The notes beneath the pieces are model-generated. The model did not search any database, had not been told where the DNA came from, and was given only the letters and a program-made list of their open reading frames with translations. The translations under genes were made by a program, and so were the position numbers. 64,000 bases of DNA from Ignavibacteriales bacterium (lineage in GTDB: Bacteria; Bacteroidota; Ignavibacteria; UBA10030; UBA6906): contig JBBIRR010000009.1 of NCBI GenBank assembly GCA_037441705.1, positions 1 to 64,000 on the forward strand, given 5' to 3'. Positions 61,566 through 64,000 of the stretch are shown here, piece after piece. Within the stretch, counting starts at the first letter, position 1, and every line of letters starts with the position of its first letter.

Positions 61566-61966
61566 ACGATCTGCGCCAGTGTCATGGATTTGAATGCCTG
61601 GTCGATGTTTGCCTGCACTTTGGTCAGCGGCGACTTGATGGTGCAATTGCTGAACACTTCGCAGCTCTCCGGCCCCTGGGTCATGCACTGAGCGATGGCC
61701 GGGGGGGTGCCTTCAATGGCGTTGATGATCGAAGAGATGGTTACGTCGTTGGGATTCCTGGCGAGAGTATAGCCGCCGTGAACTCCCTGCTGCGAAGCGA
61801 TCAAGCCCGCGCGCGCAAGCCGCTGCAGTACTTTGGCAAGCAGCTCATACGGAATCTGATGCTTGTCGGCAATTTCCTTCGCCGTCACGACATCGCCGTT
61901 CGTGCGCAAGGCAATGTAACGGATCGCAATCAATCCGTATTCGACTCGTTTGGAAAGCCTGACCAC
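61562..61966 (-). CDS. Rrf2-family regulator (IscR-like, three Cys)
   Basis: LSKRVEYGL..L.KVLQRL..G..GGY.LAR; C-X7-C-X5-C. Confidence 0.88.
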   Translation of the reverse strand: MVRLSKRVEYGLIAIRYIALRTNGDVVTAKEIADKHQIPYELLAKVLQRLARAGLIASQQGVHGGYTLARNPNDVTISSIINAIEGTPPAIAQCMTQGPESCEVFSNCTIKSPLTKVQANIDQAFKSMTLAQIV

Positions 61967-61969
61967 GCT

Positions 61970-61997
61970 AAACTCCGACCAGTGAAGTCCTAATTAT
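61970..61997 (-). promoter_or_regulatory. IscR type-1-like operator at the rrf2 translation start
   Basis: Minus strand ATAATTAG-GAC-TTCACTG-GTC-GGAGTTT; GAC-N7-GTC core with AT-rich flanks. Confidence 0.5.
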
Positions 61998-62429
61998 CCC
62001 CAAAAAAATGCGCTCATTCGCGTCTTCCAACCATACGTCTTAACAAACTCTTCTCTCTTGTCGTTCCTTCAGGTCTCTTTACGCGCGAGCTGTTTAGGAG
62101 ACCATCAACAAAATAGGAAAAAGAAGACTTACTTACAACGAACAACACAAAGCGAACAGTGAATTCTATTTAATAAAACCTGAGAGTAACGATTCTGTCA
62201 GACGCAAAGTGCAGCCAGGTTTCGGTGCCAGCACCGGTGATCGCCACAGGTGTATCACGAATCCGTCGACGTGTTGAGAAAATCGCCGCTCACCAATCCA
62301 TCGCTCAACACAATCGAGCGCGAGTGCAAGAGGAACGTGAAGCCGAGGTCTCGTTGCATTCCCCTCTGATTTTGGATATTTTTCCCGAGGGGTTCACCGC
62401 GCGTAGCTATTGATCCTCGAGATACGTTT

Positions 62430-63377
62430 ATGACGAGAGAGAACACCTTGCTTGCAGCCGTCATCGTGCTTTCGTTCTGGCTGCACGCTGGCTGCCGTGA
62501 GAAAACGGCTCCAACCTCGACTACCACTCCCCCGCCGACGCAAGTGTGGGATTCGCTTGGCCTCGCCGGTGCGACAGTTCATGCGATCGCTTCAGACCGG
62601 CGCCGCATTTTCGTCGGGACCGCAAACGGATTCTATCGTTCGCTCGACAGCGGAAGAACCTGGCTGTTCACCGCATCAATCAACGGCAGAAGTTTGTTTA
62701 CCAGCGTTGCAATCAGCGGAACAAATGTCTTGGTGGGATCGGACACCAACCTTTCCGTCTCTTCCAACGACGGGACAACCTGGACATCCGTAATAGCCCC
62801 CGTGAGCGTGTTCGCTATGGCGCACGGTAGTGAGTATCTGTTCGCCGCGACCTCAATGGGTATTATTCGATCGCGGGATCGGGGATTCACCTGGACGCCT
62901 GCAAATACGGGACTTCCTTCACCTCTGCCCGAGGTGCGAGGGCTCTCGGCCGAAGGAATAACGCTGTGCCTCGGATCGCCCAATGCTGTCTTCGTTTCTT
63001 TGAACAGCGGCGATTCATGGACACAGGCCCCGACTCCGTGGTCCCCCCACACCATCGACCGAGTGTTGGTCAACAAAGAAATCTTGTACGTTGCGACGAC
63101 CGGGGGGTTGTACACTTCACGCACCCAGGGAAGTTCCTGGATTCTCGCCGCTGTGGGAATTCCGGAGACATCTCGCGTTGTCGGCTTTGCGGCCATCAAA
63201 TCCGGCGTTTACGCTGCCACCGACAACGCCGGCGTACTCACCAGTGCCAACGGAGGCGTGACATGGATCTTCAACAACTTCAATCTTCCCGATCTGCAAC
63301 TCACCACCGTTGCTGCCGACAGCAGTTTCGTGTACGCCGCCACGCGTCGGCGAGGCATCTGGCGATACTTGCGATAG
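62430..63377 (+). CDS. Lipoprotein with BNR/Asp-box beta-propeller repeats
   Basis: Lipobox LHAGC; repeated S.D.G..W motifs (SLDSGRTW, SSNDGTTW, SRDRGFTW, SLNSGDSW, SANGGVTW). Confidence 0.82.
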   Translation: MTRENTLLAAVIVLSFWLHAGCREKTAPTSTTTPPPTQVWDSLGLAGATVHAIASDRRRIFVGTANGFYRSLDSGRTWLFTASINGRSLFTSVAISGTNVLVGSDTNLSVSSNDGTTWTSVIAPVSVFAMAHGSEYLFAATSMGIIRSRDRGFTWTPANTGLPSPLPEVRGLSAEGITLCLGSPNAVFVSLNSGDSWTQAPTPWSPHTIDRVLVNKEILYVATTGGLYTSRTQGSSWILAAVGIPETSRVVGFAAIKSGVYAATDNAGVLTSANGGVTWIFNNFNLPDLQLTTVAADSSFVYAATRRRGIWRYLR

Positions 63378-63413
63378 CCGCCCGAGGACATCGTCGAATT
63401 CCCTGACATCACC

Positions 63414-64000
63414 GTGCACGCCATTACAGCCGAATCCCTAACAAAAGTTTACCGAGACTTCGTCAACCGAAAGCTATCGGTCGTTGCGCTCAGGGACATC
63501 TCGCTGGAGGTGGAGCAAGGTCAGATTTTCGGATTGCTCGGCCCCAACGGTGCAGGAAAGACCACGTTTATCAAAATCCTCCTCGGCCTGGTTCGACCGA
63601 CAGCCGGCCGTGCAATGATGTTGGGCGTTCCGTTGCCGAGTGTGGGCATACGCGAACGTATCGGCTATTTACCGGAGAACCATCGCTATCCGGGCTATCT
63701 CACCGCCGTTCAGGTGATGCGGTTCTTCGGCGGCTTGAGCAAGATGAAGCGCGCCGAGATTCTCTCACGATCTGCCTCCCTCCTTTCGCTCGTCGGACTT
63801 GATCAGTGGAAAGAGATGAAGGTGAAGCGCTACTCGAAGGGCATGATGCAGCGCCTCGGTCTCGCGCAGGCTCTCATCAACGATCCCGATCTGTTGTTCC
63901 TTGATGAACCCACCGACGGCGTTGATCCGCTGGGCAGAAAAGAAATCCGCGACATCCTCATGCGGCTCCGCAACGAAGGCAAGACCATCTTTCTCAACTC
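63414..64000 (+). CDS. ABC transporter ATP-binding protein, truncated by the window end
   Basis: Translated from the DNA: GLLGPNGAGKTT, GYLPE, YSKGMMQRLGLAQAL, LFLDEPTDGVDP; absent from the ORF track because there is no stop. Confidence 0.92.
   Translation, partial: MHAITAESLTKVYRDFVNRKLSVVALRDISLEVEQGQIFGLLGPNGAGKTTFIKILLGLVRPTAGRAMMLGVPLPSVGIRERIGYLPENHRYPGYLTAVQVMRFFGGLSKMKRAEILSRSASLLSLVGLDQWKEMKVKRYSKGMMQRLGLAQALINDPDLLFLDEPTDGVDPLGRKEIRDILMRLRNEGKTIFLN

Overview
A GC-rich bacterial window. The Por/T9SS-like C-terminal domain, folP-dacA synteny and ArsR-regulated mer operon suggest an FCB-group or Ignavibacteria-like organism; this is inference, not a database result. Blocks from left to right: (1) 1-11.8 kb is a stress/metal accessory region after tRNA-derived tandem repeats and a MITE-like element, with katG-oxyR, a multicopper oxidase, a truncated pncB, arsR-merT/P-merA, a BrnT-like TA pair, a CopZ-like Fe-S metallochaperone and SulP. 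(2) 11.9-19.3 kb holds three secreted glycoside hydrolases. (3) 19.3-46 kb is a co-oriented anaerobic benzoyl-CoA cluster: class I benzoyl-CoA reductase, dch, had, oah, thiolase, HAD/ECH, a 4-hydroxybenzoyl-CoA-reductase-like Mo enzyme with maturation genes, and IorAB. It is interleaved with a complete LeuA/LeuB/LeuC/LeuD-type 2-oxoacid elongation set, lacks a CoA ligase, glutaryl-CoA dehydrogenase and ferredoxin, and has nine AT-rich intergenic repeats. (4) 46-52.5 kb is housekeeping (miaA, pcm, dacA, folP), an unannotated 33-aa basic ORF and an SOD with two in-frame starts, one adding a Tat signal. (5) 52.7-62 kb is a hybrid isc/suf operon containing a TA pair and an unknown motif-repeat protein. 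(6) The window ends with a beta-propeller lipoprotein and a partial ABC ATPase. The best candidate for an undescribed system is the Leu-type elongation module plus IorAB wired into the benzoyl-CoA pathway. All product calls rest on motif recognition by eye.
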